Shown here piece by piece: positions 1-8,650 of a stretch of 64,000 nt of DNA. This stretch comes from Anaerosomatales bacterium (GTDB lineage Bacteria; Actinomycetota; Coriobacteriia; Anaerosomatales; SLCP01), in contig JARGFT010000001.1 of NCBI GenBank assembly GCA_029210645.1, positions 235,595 to 299,594 on the forward strand. Reading direction: 5' to 3'. Below the pieces are notes generated by a model. That model worked only from the letters and a program-made list of their open reading frames with translations, had not been told where the DNA came from and made no database searches. The translations under genes were made by a program, and so were the position numbers. Positions within the stretch are counted from its first letter, which is position 1. Every line of letters starts with the position of its first letter.

Positions 1-392
1 AGTTCGGAGACGGTGTCCTGTCCGTCGACCCGGATCGCCTGCTCGAGGCAGCCGGCAATCTCAAGGATCTCGGCTTCGATCGGCTGAGCGTCGTTACCGC
101 GGTCGATCGACCAACGCACTTCGAACTCGTCTACCGCCTGTACGCGCGCCCGATGTCGGCGGCGGTCTTCATCAAGTGCAATGTCGACCGGGAGAATCCG
201 AGAGTCCACTCGCTGGCCGGTCTCTGGCCGGCCGCGCTGTGGCAGGAGCGCGAGACATTTGACATGTTCGGGATCATCTTCGAGGGCCATCCAGACCTTC
301 GCAGGATTCTTCTTCCCGATGACTGGGAGGGTTATCCCCTGCGCAAGGACTACCAGGATGAGACCCTTATCCGCAGGCCTGACTACATCTGA
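1..392 (+). CDS. nuoC: NADH-quinone oxidoreductase subunit C (5' truncated by window)
   Basis: Open frame from base 3 (…LSVVTAVDRPTHFELVY…); motif ERETFDMFGIIFEGHPDLRRILLPDDWEGYPLRKDY. Confidence 0.93.
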   Translation, partial: FGDGVLSVDPDRLLEAAGNLKDLGFDRLSVVTAVDRPTHFELVYRLYARPMSAAVFIKCNVDRENPRVHSLAGLWPAALWQERETFDMFGIIFEGHPDLRRILLPDDWEGYPLRKDYQDETLIRRPDYI

Positions 393-406
393 GAGGGGGC
401 GGGAGT

Positions 407-1552
407 GTGACTGCAGAGATAGGAAGTGACGCGTGTTTCACCAATCGGATAGATCCGGGCGTGGACGAACTGGTCGTCAACGTCGGTCCTTCCCATCCGT
501 CCACTCATGGCGTCTGCCGTGTGATCGTCCATCTCGACGGCGAGGTCGTCACCAAGGCAGAACCTGTCATCGGGTATCTGCATCGCGGCATCGAGAAGAT
601 GGCCGAGAACCGCACGTACCTCCAGGTCGTCCCCCTTACGGATCGTCTTGACTACGTCGGGTCGATGTATGCCAACTGGGCGTACTGTCGCGCGGTCGAG
701 CGGCTCGCAGGCATACAGGTGCCCGAGCGTGCCGAGTATCTGCGCGTGATCGTCTGCGAGATGCAGCGCATCGCGAGCCACATGATGTCCCTTGGCTCCG
801 CCGCGGCCGACACCGGAGCGGCCACGATGTTCATCTACGCGTTCGACCAGCGCGAGAGGGTCATCGAGGCGTTCGAGGAGCTGTGCGGTGCGCGACTCAC
901 GTACAACTACGTCCGCCCGGGCGGGGTGAGCTTCGAGATTCCTGAAGGGTGGACCGAGCGGGTGCTGCAGTTCTGCCGCGATCACCGCGAGGGACTCGAG
1001 CAGATGGATCGCCTCTTCTTCGGAAACGTCATTGCCAAGGATCGTATGAAGCACATCGGCGTGCTCTCGCCGGAAGACGCTGTCGCCTGGGGCGCATCGG
1101 GTCCGGTCGCCCGGGGCTCCGGAGTGAACTGGGACATGCGGAAGCACGATCCCTACTCGGTCTACCCGCGGTTCGACTTCGACGTTCCCACCGGCAGCAA
1201 CGGTGACTGCTACGACAGGGCGAGGGTGCGGCTCTTCGAGTGCTACGAGTCATGCCGGATCATCGAGCAGGCTATCTCGCAGATGCACCCGGGCCCGATT
1301 CGCACGCCCGGCTTGCCGAGACTGCTCGCCCCACGTCCGGGTGATGCGTACGACCATATCGAGTCTGCCCGTGGGGCACTCGGGGTCTACCTCGTGTCTG
1401 ATGGCTCGGTGCGTCCCTACCGTATGAAGGTGCGCTCGCCGGCCTTCTGCAACCTTGCTTTGCTGCCGCTTCTCGCCGAAGGCCATATGCTGTCCGACCT
1501 CGTCGTCATCCTGGGAAGCCTCGACCCGGTGTTCGGGGAGGTGGACCGGTGA
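407..1552 (+). CDS. nuoD: NADH-quinone oxidoreductase subunit D
   Basis: GPSHPSTHG, GYLHRGIEK, DRLDY, C-terminal GEVDR; no NiFe CxxC pairs. Confidence 0.95.
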   Translation: MTAEIGSDACFTNRIDPGVDELVVNVGPSHPSTHGVCRVIVHLDGEVVTKAEPVIGYLHRGIEKMAENRTYLQVVPLTDRLDYVGSMYANWAYCRAVERLAGIQVPERAEYLRVIVCEMQRIASHMMSLGSAAADTGAATMFIYAFDQRERVIEAFEELCGARLTYNYVRPGGVSFEIPEGWTERVLQFCRDHREGLEQMDRLFFGNVIAKDRMKHIGVLSPEDAVAWGASGPVARGSGVNWDMRKHDPYSVYPRFDFDVPTGSNGDCYDRARVRLFECYESCRIIEQAISQMHPGPIRTPGLPRLLAPRPGDAYDHIESARGALGVYLVSDGSVRPYRMKVRSPAFCNLALLPLLAEGHMLSDLVVILGSLDPVFGEVDR

Positions 1553-2499
1553 GCGGCCTGGCATGGGGAGCACTCTACGGTTTGGCGGCAGGCCTCGTCA
1601 TAGCGGTCGCCGCTCTGATCGGCGTATGGGGCGAGCGCAAGGTAGCCGGTCGGATCCAGATGCGTATCGGGCCCCAGGAGCTCGGTCCGTTCGGTCTGTT
1701 GCAGACACTCGCCGACACGCTCAAGCTCGTGCTCAAGGAGGACATCACGCCTGCAGCGGCTGACGTGCGCATCTTCCGTATCGCGCCGCTGATCGTCTTC
1801 GCGCCGATCGCGATGTCGTTCGTCATCATCCCGTACGCCTCGGGGTTCGCGCCGTTGGACACAAGCGTCGGGATCCTCTTCTTCATGGCGGTGCCGGCGA
1901 TCTCCGTGATCGGCGTTCTGCTCGCAGGTTGGTCGTCCCGGAACACCTACGCGACCATCGGCGGCCTGCGTGCTGCGGCGCAGATGATCTCATACGAGCT
2001 TCCCCGTACCCTCTCCATCCTGCCCTTCGTCCTGCTTGCGGGGTCGATGCGTCCGCTCGACATCATGGATGAGTGGCGTTGGTGGTGGATCCCGTTGACG
2101 TTCATCGCGTTCGTCGTGTACTTCATATCGTCGATCGCCGAGGTTAATCGCGGGCCCTTTGACCTGCCCGAGGCCGAGTCCGAGCTCGTAGCCGGATACT
2201 TCGCCGATTACTCGGGGATCCGGTGGGCGATCTTCATGATGGCCGAGTACGGCGGCATGGTGGCGGCTGCACTCTTCGGAGCTGTGTTCTGGTTCGGAGG
2301 CTACCTGCATCTTCCTGGCGCGTTCGGTGTGATCATGCTCATCGCGATGGCGACGCTACTTGCGATCGGGATGATCTGGGTGAAGTGGACCTTCCCGCGC
2401 ATGAGACCCGACCAGTTGATGGGCACTGCGTGGAAGGTTCTGACCCCGATGGCTCTCGTCCAGCTCGTGATCATCGGGGTGGTGATTCCGTGGCTGTAA
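1549..2499 (+). CDS. nuoH: NADH-quinone oxidoreductase subunit H
   Basis: ERKVAGRIQMRIGP, AQMISYE, RGPFDLPEAESELVAGY, FPRMRPDQLM. Confidence 0.95.
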   Translation: MSGLAWGALYGLAAGLVIAVAALIGVWGERKVAGRIQMRIGPQELGPFGLLQTLADTLKLVLKEDITPAAADVRIFRIAPLIVFAPIAMSFVIIPYASGFAPLDTSVGILFFMAVPAISVIGVLLAGWSSRNTYATIGGLRAAAQMISYELPRTLSILPFVLLAGSMRPLDIMDEWRWWWIPLTFIAFVVYFISSIAEVNRGPFDLPEAESELVAGYFADYSGIRWAIFMMAEYGGMVAAALFGAVFWFGGYLHLPGAFGVIMLIAMATLLAIGMIWVKWTFPRMRPDQLMGTAWKVLTPMALVQLVIIGVVIPWL

Positions 2500-4580
2500 C
2501 GCATGGCAAGGGCGCCACTCCCCGTCATGACGAGATCGGCGCGCCCGTACGCACCCCGCACGCGGTGCCGGTCACGATCAACGTCACAGATGACTTCCCG
2601 GGCGGGACCAAGGGGTTCTTCGCGCGGTGGCGCTCGCTTCTCACCGGTCTCGGCATCACCGGACGACGTGCGCTCGGGCCTGTTTCGACGCTGCGCTATC
2701 CGCACGAGAAGTACACCCTCTCACCGAGATGGCGCGGTGCGCTCAGACTGCGTGGGGTGCTCGGACGCGACGACATACCGATCATCAGTAGCGCCCCCCC
2801 GGAGTACAACGCCGGTATCGATGAGCTGTATCGCTCCGACCGTCTGCCCCCGTGTGTCGGCAATTGCCCGGCGAATGTCGACGCCCGCGGGCAGGGCTAC
2901 TATCTCGGCGAAGGGCAGCCGGCCGAGGCATACGAGCTGGTCCGGGAGCGCAACATCCTTCCCGGCGTGCTCGGTCGGATCTGCCACCATCCGTGCGAGA
3001 CGGCGTGCCGCCGGAACTACTACGACGAGCCCGTCGCTATCCGGCCGCTGCACCGCCATGCGTACGAAGAGTACGCGAAGGTTGCAAGCGAGCGTCTGAC
3101 GCCCTTCGAGCGCACGCGTACGCAGCGGATCGCCATCATCGGCTCCGGGCCCTCCGGCCTCACGGCAGCCTACGACCTGATGAAGCTCGGCTACGCGGTC
3201 TCTGTCTACGAGAAGGAGAAGAAGCCCGGTGGGGCGCTGTTCTCGGGCGTGCCCTCGTACCGGCTGCCGCGCGAGGTGCTCCAGGATGAGATCGACAACC
3301 TCGTCACTCTGGGCATGGAGCTCAAGCTCGGGGTCGAGGTCGGCAAGGACGTCCCCATCGACTACCTGATAGGCGAGTACGATGCCGTGCTGATCGCTGT
3401 GGGTCTCCAGGAGAGTCGTATCATCCCGGTGCCCGGGCACTCCGCCGAGGGAGTCATGGGTGCTCTGCCCTTCCTGCGCGATGCGAACTGGAAGGGCGAT
3501 GCGGGGGTGAGCGGCAAGCGTGTGCTCGTCATCGGCGGCGGTAACGTCGCCGTCGACGTCGCACGGTGCGCACTTCGCACCGGAGCCGTCGAGGTGCATC
3601 TTGCGTGCCTCGAGGGCGAGGACGAGATGCCGTGTCACCCGTGGGAGATCGAGGAGGCTCTTGACGAGGGAGTCATCGCGATGTGCTCCCTCGGTCCCGA
3701 GGAAGTACTCGTTGACGAGAACGGTAAGGTTCGCGGGATGCGAATGCGGGAGTGCCTGTCGGTATTCGACGCATCCGGGCGTTTCTCTCCGCAGTTCGGT
3801 GAAGAGACGACCGATGTCGAACTCGACGTCATCGTGTTCTCGGTCGGTCAGGGTCCCGTGCTCGCCGATGTGGTCGCCGGTTCCGACTTGACGCTTACCG
3901 AGCGCGGGCTCTTGCCGGTCGACGGGACGCTCTTCACTACTCACCACCCCGGTGTGTTCGCCTGCGGCGAGATCGTGACGGGTCCGGGCAGCGCGATCGC
4001 GTCGATCGCCACCGGTCATGAGGCGGCGACCTCTGTCCATCGCTTTCTTGAAGGCCGTGACCTGGCCGAGGACCGGGTCGCACGGCCGGTTCCGGTCTAC
4101 GACAAGTACCAGGTGGCTGACGTGAAGGGGGTGGAAGCCAACCGGCGCCGCGTCACGATGCCGATGGCCAAGCCAGAAGAGCGCGCCACCGACTTCAGGC
4201 CGGTCGAGCTCGGTCTGACCCATCTGGAAGCACTGAACGAGGCCGCTCGCTGCCTGCGGTGCCAGTCCGAGGTCTGCGTGGGATGCACCTTCTGTGCCCG
4301 CACCTGTCCGGACTATGCCATCGAGGTCGAGCGCACCGACGATCCCGGTGAGCGCCGCGTGACCCACTACGACCTCGACCTCTCGAAGTGCTGCTTCTGT
4401 GGCCTGTGCGCCGAGCAGTGTCCCACCGATGCACTGACGCACACCGGTCAGTACGAGCTGAGTTTCTATCATCGCGAACTGACCATCTTCGACCGGCATG
4501 AGATGGTCCGCGACGGGGGGGGTACCCGCGCGACCGGACGGGATGGCGTGCACGAGGGCGCCCCGGGGGTGACGCAGTGA
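2490..4580 (+). CDS. nuoI: NuoI with inserted GltD/DsrL-like FAD- and Fe-S-containing NAD(P)H oxidoreductase domain
   Basis: In-frame GTG at 2490 overlaps the nuoH end (the track's 2223 start lies deep inside nuoH). NuoI N-terminus (LLTGLGIT…TLRYPHEK…RWRG), then PPCVGNCP, GRICHHPCETACRR, GSGPSG, GGGNVAVD, EAARCLRC, then NuoI ferredoxin CVGCTFCARTCP and DLSKCCFCGLCAEQCPTDAL…YEL. Confidence 0.88.
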   Translation: MAVTHGKGATPRHDEIGAPVRTPHAVPVTINVTDDFPGGTKGFFARWRSLLTGLGITGRRALGPVSTLRYPHEKYTLSPRWRGALRLRGVLGRDDIPIISSAPPEYNAGIDELYRSDRLPPCVGNCPANVDARGQGYYLGEGQPAEAYELVRERNILPGVLGRICHHPCETACRRNYYDEPVAIRPLHRHAYEEYAKVASERLTPFERTRTQRIAIIGSGPSGLTAAYDLMKLGYAVSVYEKEKKPGGALFSGVPSYRLPREVLQDEIDNLVTLGMELKLGVEVGKDVPIDYLIGEYDAVLIAVGLQESRIIPVPGHSAEGVMGALPFLRDANWKGDAGVSGKRVLVIGGGNVAVDVARCALRTGAVEVHLACLEGEDEMPCHPWEIEEALDEGVIAMCSLGPEEVLVDENGKVRGMRMRECLSVFDASGRFSPQFGEETTDVELDVIVFSVGQGPVLADVVAGSDLTLTERGLLPVDGTLFTTHHPGVFACGEIVTGPGSAIASIATGHEAATSVHRFLEGRDLAEDRVARPVPVYDKYQVADVKGVEANRRRVTMPMAKPEERATDFRPVELGLTHLEALNEAARCLRCQSEVCVGCTFCARTCPDYAIEVERTDDPGERRVTHYDLDLSKCCFCGLCAEQCPTDALTHTGQYELSFYHRELTIFDRHEMVRDGGGTRATGRDGVHEGAPGVTQ

Positions 4581-5071
4581 GTCTCGAGAGCGTCATCTTT
4601 GCGGTCCTCGGCATCGTCGCCGTGTCAGGCGGCATAGTGACCGTGTTTGCCCGCGACGTCTCACGTATGGCGATGGGTTTGGGCGCATTCCTGGTGGCGG
4701 TTGCAGGCTTCTTCGTCTACTGGGGAGCGACCTTCCTCGGCATCGTGCAGCTCTTCGTCTACATCGGCGGTGTTCTCGTACTGATGATCTTCGCGATCAT
4801 GCTCGTCCACCGGTCGCCCGACGGTTCTCCGACGATCGAGTCACGGCACGATGTAGCAGCGATAGCCGTCGCTGGAGGATTGTTCTTCATGGTCGTGACG
4901 GCCTTGAGAGGTGTGGTTCCGGACTCGGTAGACCAGGGGATCACCTCGGGCCCGGCGGAGCTGAACGAGGCGTTCCTCGGCCCGATGCTCACGCACTTCG
5001 AGATGGGCGGCGTTCTGTTGCTTGCGGTGCTCGTCGCCGTCGTCGTGATTCTGGGAGGCGATGAGCGATGA
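4577..5071 (+). CDS. nuoJ: NADH-quinone oxidoreductase subunit J
   Basis: Hydrophobic; QLFVYIGGVLVLMIFAIML, HFEMGGVLLL; operon position. Confidence 0.92.
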   Translation: MSLESVIFAVLGIVAVSGGIVTVFARDVSRMAMGLGAFLVAVAGFFVYWGATFLGIVQLFVYIGGVLVLMIFAIMLVHRSPDGSPTIESRHDVAAIAVAGGLFFMVVTALRGVVPDSVDQGITSGPAELNEAFLGPMLTHFEMGGVLLLAVLVAVVVILGGDER

Positions 5072-5373
5072 GCCTGCTGGTCATCACCATCGGGCTGTTC
5101 TCACTGGGGCTGTACGGCATCCTGATCCGCCGAGACCTGGTGGCGATACTCGCGAGCATCGAGGTGATGCTCGGTTCCGCGACCCTCTTGCTCGTCGGCC
5201 TGGCAGCTGCGGGGACGCCGATGGGTACGCACGAGGGAGCGGTGGAGGCGACCGGCGTCATGGTCATCGTCCTCGCCGCTGCCGAGGCGGCTATCGGGCT
5301 CGCGCTGGTGATCTCCGTCGCCCGCCGTTTCAAGACGACCCGTGTCGACGAGCTGGCGGAGGTGAAGGGCTGA
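5068..5373 (+). CDS. nuoK: NADH-quinone oxidoreductase subunit K
   Basis: 101 aa, three TM segments, IEVML and AAEAAIGLAL. Confidence 0.93.
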   Translation: MSLLVITIGLFSLGLYGILIRRDLVAILASIEVMLGSATLLLVGLAAAGTPMGTHEGAVEATGVMVIVLAAAEAAIGLALVISVARRFKTTRVDELAEVKG

Positions 5374-5374
5374 G

Positions 5375-7201
5375 ATGGCTGCCTTCCTCGACCTTGGCTG
5401 GTCTGTCGTCCTGCTTCCGCTGTTGCTGGCGGTGTTGGTGGCCGTGTTCGGGCGGGTGCTCGGACGGTCCATCCCCGTCGTAGCGATCGTCGCGCCGTTG
5501 TGGGTCTTCGTCTACGGCGTCCTCTCCGTACTCGACGGTGTTCACGACCTGTCCCGTGCCGGTTCTGTCGAGTGGCTCACCGCCGCCGGCGCCGGCTCTC
5601 TGACGGTGGGTTGGGCCGTCGACGGATTGACCGCTGTGATGCTCGTGGTCGTCGGCCTCGTGGCATCCCTTGTCGTTCTCTTCTCCGTCGGCTACCTGCA
5701 CGGGGAGAGCGGTCTGCCGCGCTACTTCGCCTCTCTCTGTCTCTTCACGGCTGCGATGAGTATGCTCGTCGTGGCTGACGGGCTGGTCGGGCTCTTCATC
5801 GGGTGGGAACTCGTCGGAGCGTGTTCGTACCTGTTGATCGGCTTCTGGTTCACCCGTCCCGCAGCAGCCAAGGCCGCCGTCAAGGCGTTCCTCACCACCC
5901 GGGTGGGCGATGTCGGGCTCCTGCTCGCGCTCGCACTCCTCTGGCGTGAGGTCGGGGACCTCTCGTACGCGGGCGTGTTTGCCGCCGCCCCTTCGTTGGC
6001 GCCTGCGACCGTCACCGGAGCGAGTCTGCTCCTGCTGGTGGGCGCGATCGGCAAGTCGGCCCAGTTCCCGCTGCAGATCTGGCTCCCGGACGCCATGGAG
6101 GGTCCGACCCCGGTGTCTGCTCTGATTCACGCCGCAACCATGGTGGCGGCAGGCGTCTTCCTTATCGCGCGCACCTGGCCGCTCTTCTCGCTCTCCTCCG
6201 ACGCGCTGGCGATGACGCTTGCGGTTGGTGGGCTCACGGCCATCGGAGCCGCCGCGGCGGCCCTCGTGCAAACGGATATCAAGAAAGTGCTCGCCTACTC
6301 GACGATCAGCCAACTCGGCTTCATGTTCGCCGCTCTCGGCGTCGGGGCGTGGGGTGCGGCGGTGTTCCATCTCGTCACGCACGCAGCGTTCAAGGCGCTG
6401 CTCTTCCTGGGGTCCGGCAGCGTCATCCACGGCTCGGGCACGCAGGAACTCGAGGAGATGGGCGGCCTGTTCCGGAAGATGCCGGTCACGGGTGTCACCT
6501 GGCTGATTGGGGCCGGAGCCCTTGCGGGACTGCCTCCACTGGCCGGCTTCTTCAGCAAGGACGAGATCCTCCACGACGTCGCTCTCGCCGAGCCGGTCTG
6601 GGCGATCCTGCTCTTCGGTGCGAGCCTGATGACCGCGTTCTACGTTGCTCGCACGACCCGCCTTGCATTCTTCGACACGTACCGCGGGAACGGGCATCCT
6701 CACGAAGGCGGTTGGAGTATGCGGCTGCCGCTCATCGCACTGGCGACGCTCGCGGCTGCGATCGGATTCGCGGCCACGTGGCTTGCGGAGACACTCGGTA
6801 CCCATCACGGTTCGCTCGATCTTCGTGTCGCAGCGGGCTCGACACTGCTGGCAGCCCTCGGCCTTCTTGCCGGCTGGAAGGTTTCGGGAGTCGACCACAC
6901 AGGTTCGATGCAGCCGCGCATGGCCACACTTGCCAGCCTCATGAGGGAAGGGTGGGGAGCCGACAGACTCGTCGAGCGCGTGCTGCTCGCACCGGTCGCG
7001 AGCGCGTCGCAGTTCCTCTACAGATTCGTCGACCGGAAGGCCGTCGATGGCATCGCCGAGGGTACCGCTCCGTTTGCCCGCAGAGTGGGTCGCGCGTTCA
7101 GCTCGTTGCAGTCGGGTGACGCGCAATGGTACGCGACGATGCTGGGGGCAGGGGCCGTCGCCCTGCTCGCCGTCGTCTCCTACGTCGGGCGGGGGCTGTG
7201 A
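5375..7201 (+). CDS. nuoL: NADH-quinone oxidoreductase subunit L
   Basis: GKSAQFPLQIWLPDAMEGPTPVSALIHAATMV, DIKKVLAYSTISQLG, HAAFKALLFLGSG. Confidence 0.95.
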   Translation: MAAFLDLGWSVVLLPLLLAVLVAVFGRVLGRSIPVVAIVAPLWVFVYGVLSVLDGVHDLSRAGSVEWLTAAGAGSLTVGWAVDGLTAVMLVVVGLVASLVVLFSVGYLHGESGLPRYFASLCLFTAAMSMLVVADGLVGLFIGWELVGACSYLLIGFWFTRPAAAKAAVKAFLTTRVGDVGLLLALALLWREVGDLSYAGVFAAAPSLAPATVTGASLLLLVGAIGKSAQFPLQIWLPDAMEGPTPVSALIHAATMVAAGVFLIARTWPLFSLSSDALAMTLAVGGLTAIGAAAAALVQTDIKKVLAYSTISQLGFMFAALGVGAWGAAVFHLVTHAAFKALLFLGSGSVIHGSGTQELEEMGGLFRKMPVTGVTWLIGAGALAGLPPLAGFFSKDEILHDVALAEPVWAILLFGASLMTAFYVARTTRLAFFDTYRGNGHPHEGGWSMRLPLIALATLAAAIGFAATWLAETLGTHHGSLDLRVAAGSTLLAALGLLAGWKVSGVDHTGSMQPRMATLASLMREGWGADRLVERVLLAPVASASQFLYRFVDRKAVDGIAEGTAPFARRVGRAFSSLQSGDAQWYATMLGAGAVALLAVVSYVGRGL

Positions 7202-8649
7202 TGATCGCGCTCGAGATGCTCATCGTCATTCCCCTCCTGGGCGTCGTTGCATGCCTGCTGGTAGGTAGGTCCGATCCGTCGCGCGCGCGAGTCGCCGCAC
7301 TGGTGGCATCCCTCGGATTCGTTGCTGCTCTTCTTTCGCTCGCTGCTGAGGGGGTATTCTCCGGTGAGGCCGTCTCCGGCCTCTCTCTGGCGCCGGGTTC
7401 GGTTCCCTTCTGGGACCTGCGGATCGATGGCCTTTCCGCGCCGTTGCTCGCGCTGACCGCTCTCCTTGGTCCTGTTGCGGTGTTGGCATCGTGGAGGGTC
7501 GAGGAGAGGGCTGCCGCACACCACGCGCTCCTCCTCGCGCTGCAGGCCGCGGTGGCCGGTGTCTTCCTCGCTGCAGACGTCGTGCTCCTCTACGTCTTCT
7601 GGGAGGCGGTCCTGATCCCGATGTACTTTCTCATCGGTGTGTGGGGCCACGAGGACCGACGCCATGCCGCGATGAAGTTCTTCGTCTACACCTTCGCAGG
7701 CAGCGCATTGATGCTCGTGGGCATACTGGTATCGGTGTTCACGATCGGGACGACCAACATCGAATCCCTTATCGCCGGCCGGGTCGCACTCGCCGACCCG
7801 ATGCTGGTCTTCTGGCTGCTCGCGGCTGGCATGCTTGTCAAATTGCCGGCATTCCCGCTCCACACCTGGCTGCCCGACGCTCACGTCGAGGCCCCGACAG
7901 CAGGCTCCATTCTGCTCGCGGGAGTGCTGCTCAAAATGGGTGGCTACGGGCTGCTTCGTCTCGCCATACCGATCGCACCCGGACCCTTTGCCGATGTCGC
8001 GTGGATCTTCGCGGTGCTCGGTGGTATCGGAATCGTGTACGGTGCGATGGTCGCGCTGGCGCAGACGGACCTCAAGCGGCTCGTAGCGTATTCGAGCGTG
8101 GCCCACATGGGGTTCGTCATGCTTGCGCTCTCGGCGGGAGGGGAGCGCGGTTTCTCGGCAGCCATGCTCGTCATGGTCAGTCACGGGGTTATCGCGCCCC
8201 TGCTCTTCCTCCTCGTCGGACAGTTGTACGACCGGACTCATACGCGCGAGATCGCGCGCTTCGGGGGGTTCGGCTCTGTGGTGCCCCGGTGGGGGACCGC
8301 ACTGACCTTCGGGGCTCTGGCAAGTCTCGGTCTGCCGGGCCTGTCGGGTTTCCCGGGTGAGTTCCTTGCGGTGGTCGAGGGCTTCGGTGCCTGGTCGTGG
8401 CTGGTCGCCCTTGCAATGCCGGGAGTAGTGCTTGCTGCTGCGTACAACCTGCGAGCCGTGCGTGAGGTCGTGCACGGTAAGGTTGCAGGCGAGTGGGCGG
8501 GCATCCCGGATCTGTCGATCGCAGATCTGATCCCGGTTCTGCTGCTTGCTGCCGTCATCGTAGCTCTCGGCGTGTGGCCCAGGATCGTGCTCGCGATTAC
8601 CGGTGACGTCTTCGCCTCACTCGCGCTGCTCATCGGAACGGGGGCCTGA
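7201..8649 (+). CDS. nuoM: NADH-quinone oxidoreductase subunit M
   Basis: ATG overlaps the nuoL stop (alternative GTG 7198); YVFWE, PLHTWLPDAHVEAP, LLKMGGYG, KRLVAYSSVAHMG. Confidence 0.95.
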   Translation: MIALEMLIVIPLLGVVACLLVGRSDPSRARVAALVASLGFVAALLSLAAEGVFSGEAVSGLSLAPGSVPFWDLRIDGLSAPLLALTALLGPVAVLASWRVEERAAAHHALLLALQAAVAGVFLAADVVLLYVFWEAVLIPMYFLIGVWGHEDRRHAAMKFFVYTFAGSALMLVGILVSVFTIGTTNIESLIAGRVALADPMLVFWLLAAGMLVKLPAFPLHTWLPDAHVEAPTAGSILLAGVLLKMGGYGLLRLAIPIAPGPFADVAWIFAVLGGIGIVYGAMVALAQTDLKRLVAYSSVAHMGFVMLALSAGGERGFSAAMLVMVSHGVIAPLLFLLVGQLYDRTHTREIARFGGFGSVVPRWGTALTFGALASLGLPGLSGFPGEFLAVVEGFGAWSWLVALAMPGVVLAAAYNLRAVREVVHGKVAGEWAGIPDLSIADLIPVLLLAAVIVALGVWPRIVLAITGDVFASLALLIGTGA

Positions 8650-8650
8650 C

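Noticed and set aside
407-1552. Group 4 [NiFe]-hydrogenase large subunit
   Set aside because: No N- or C-terminal CxxC nickel ligands; it ends in GEVDR and keeps the NuoD quinone-site residues
2223-2489. N-terminal extension of the 785-aa ORF in the track
   Set aside because: Overlaps nuoH by about 270 nt with off-frame-like composition; GTG 2490 fits translational coupling
2721-4553. Long antisense or alternate-frame ORFs (also 5330-7126, 28923-30563, 54971-56413, 60268-62100)
   Set aside because: Shadow ORFs expected opposite high-GC genes; no motifs, and they fully overlap well-supported genes
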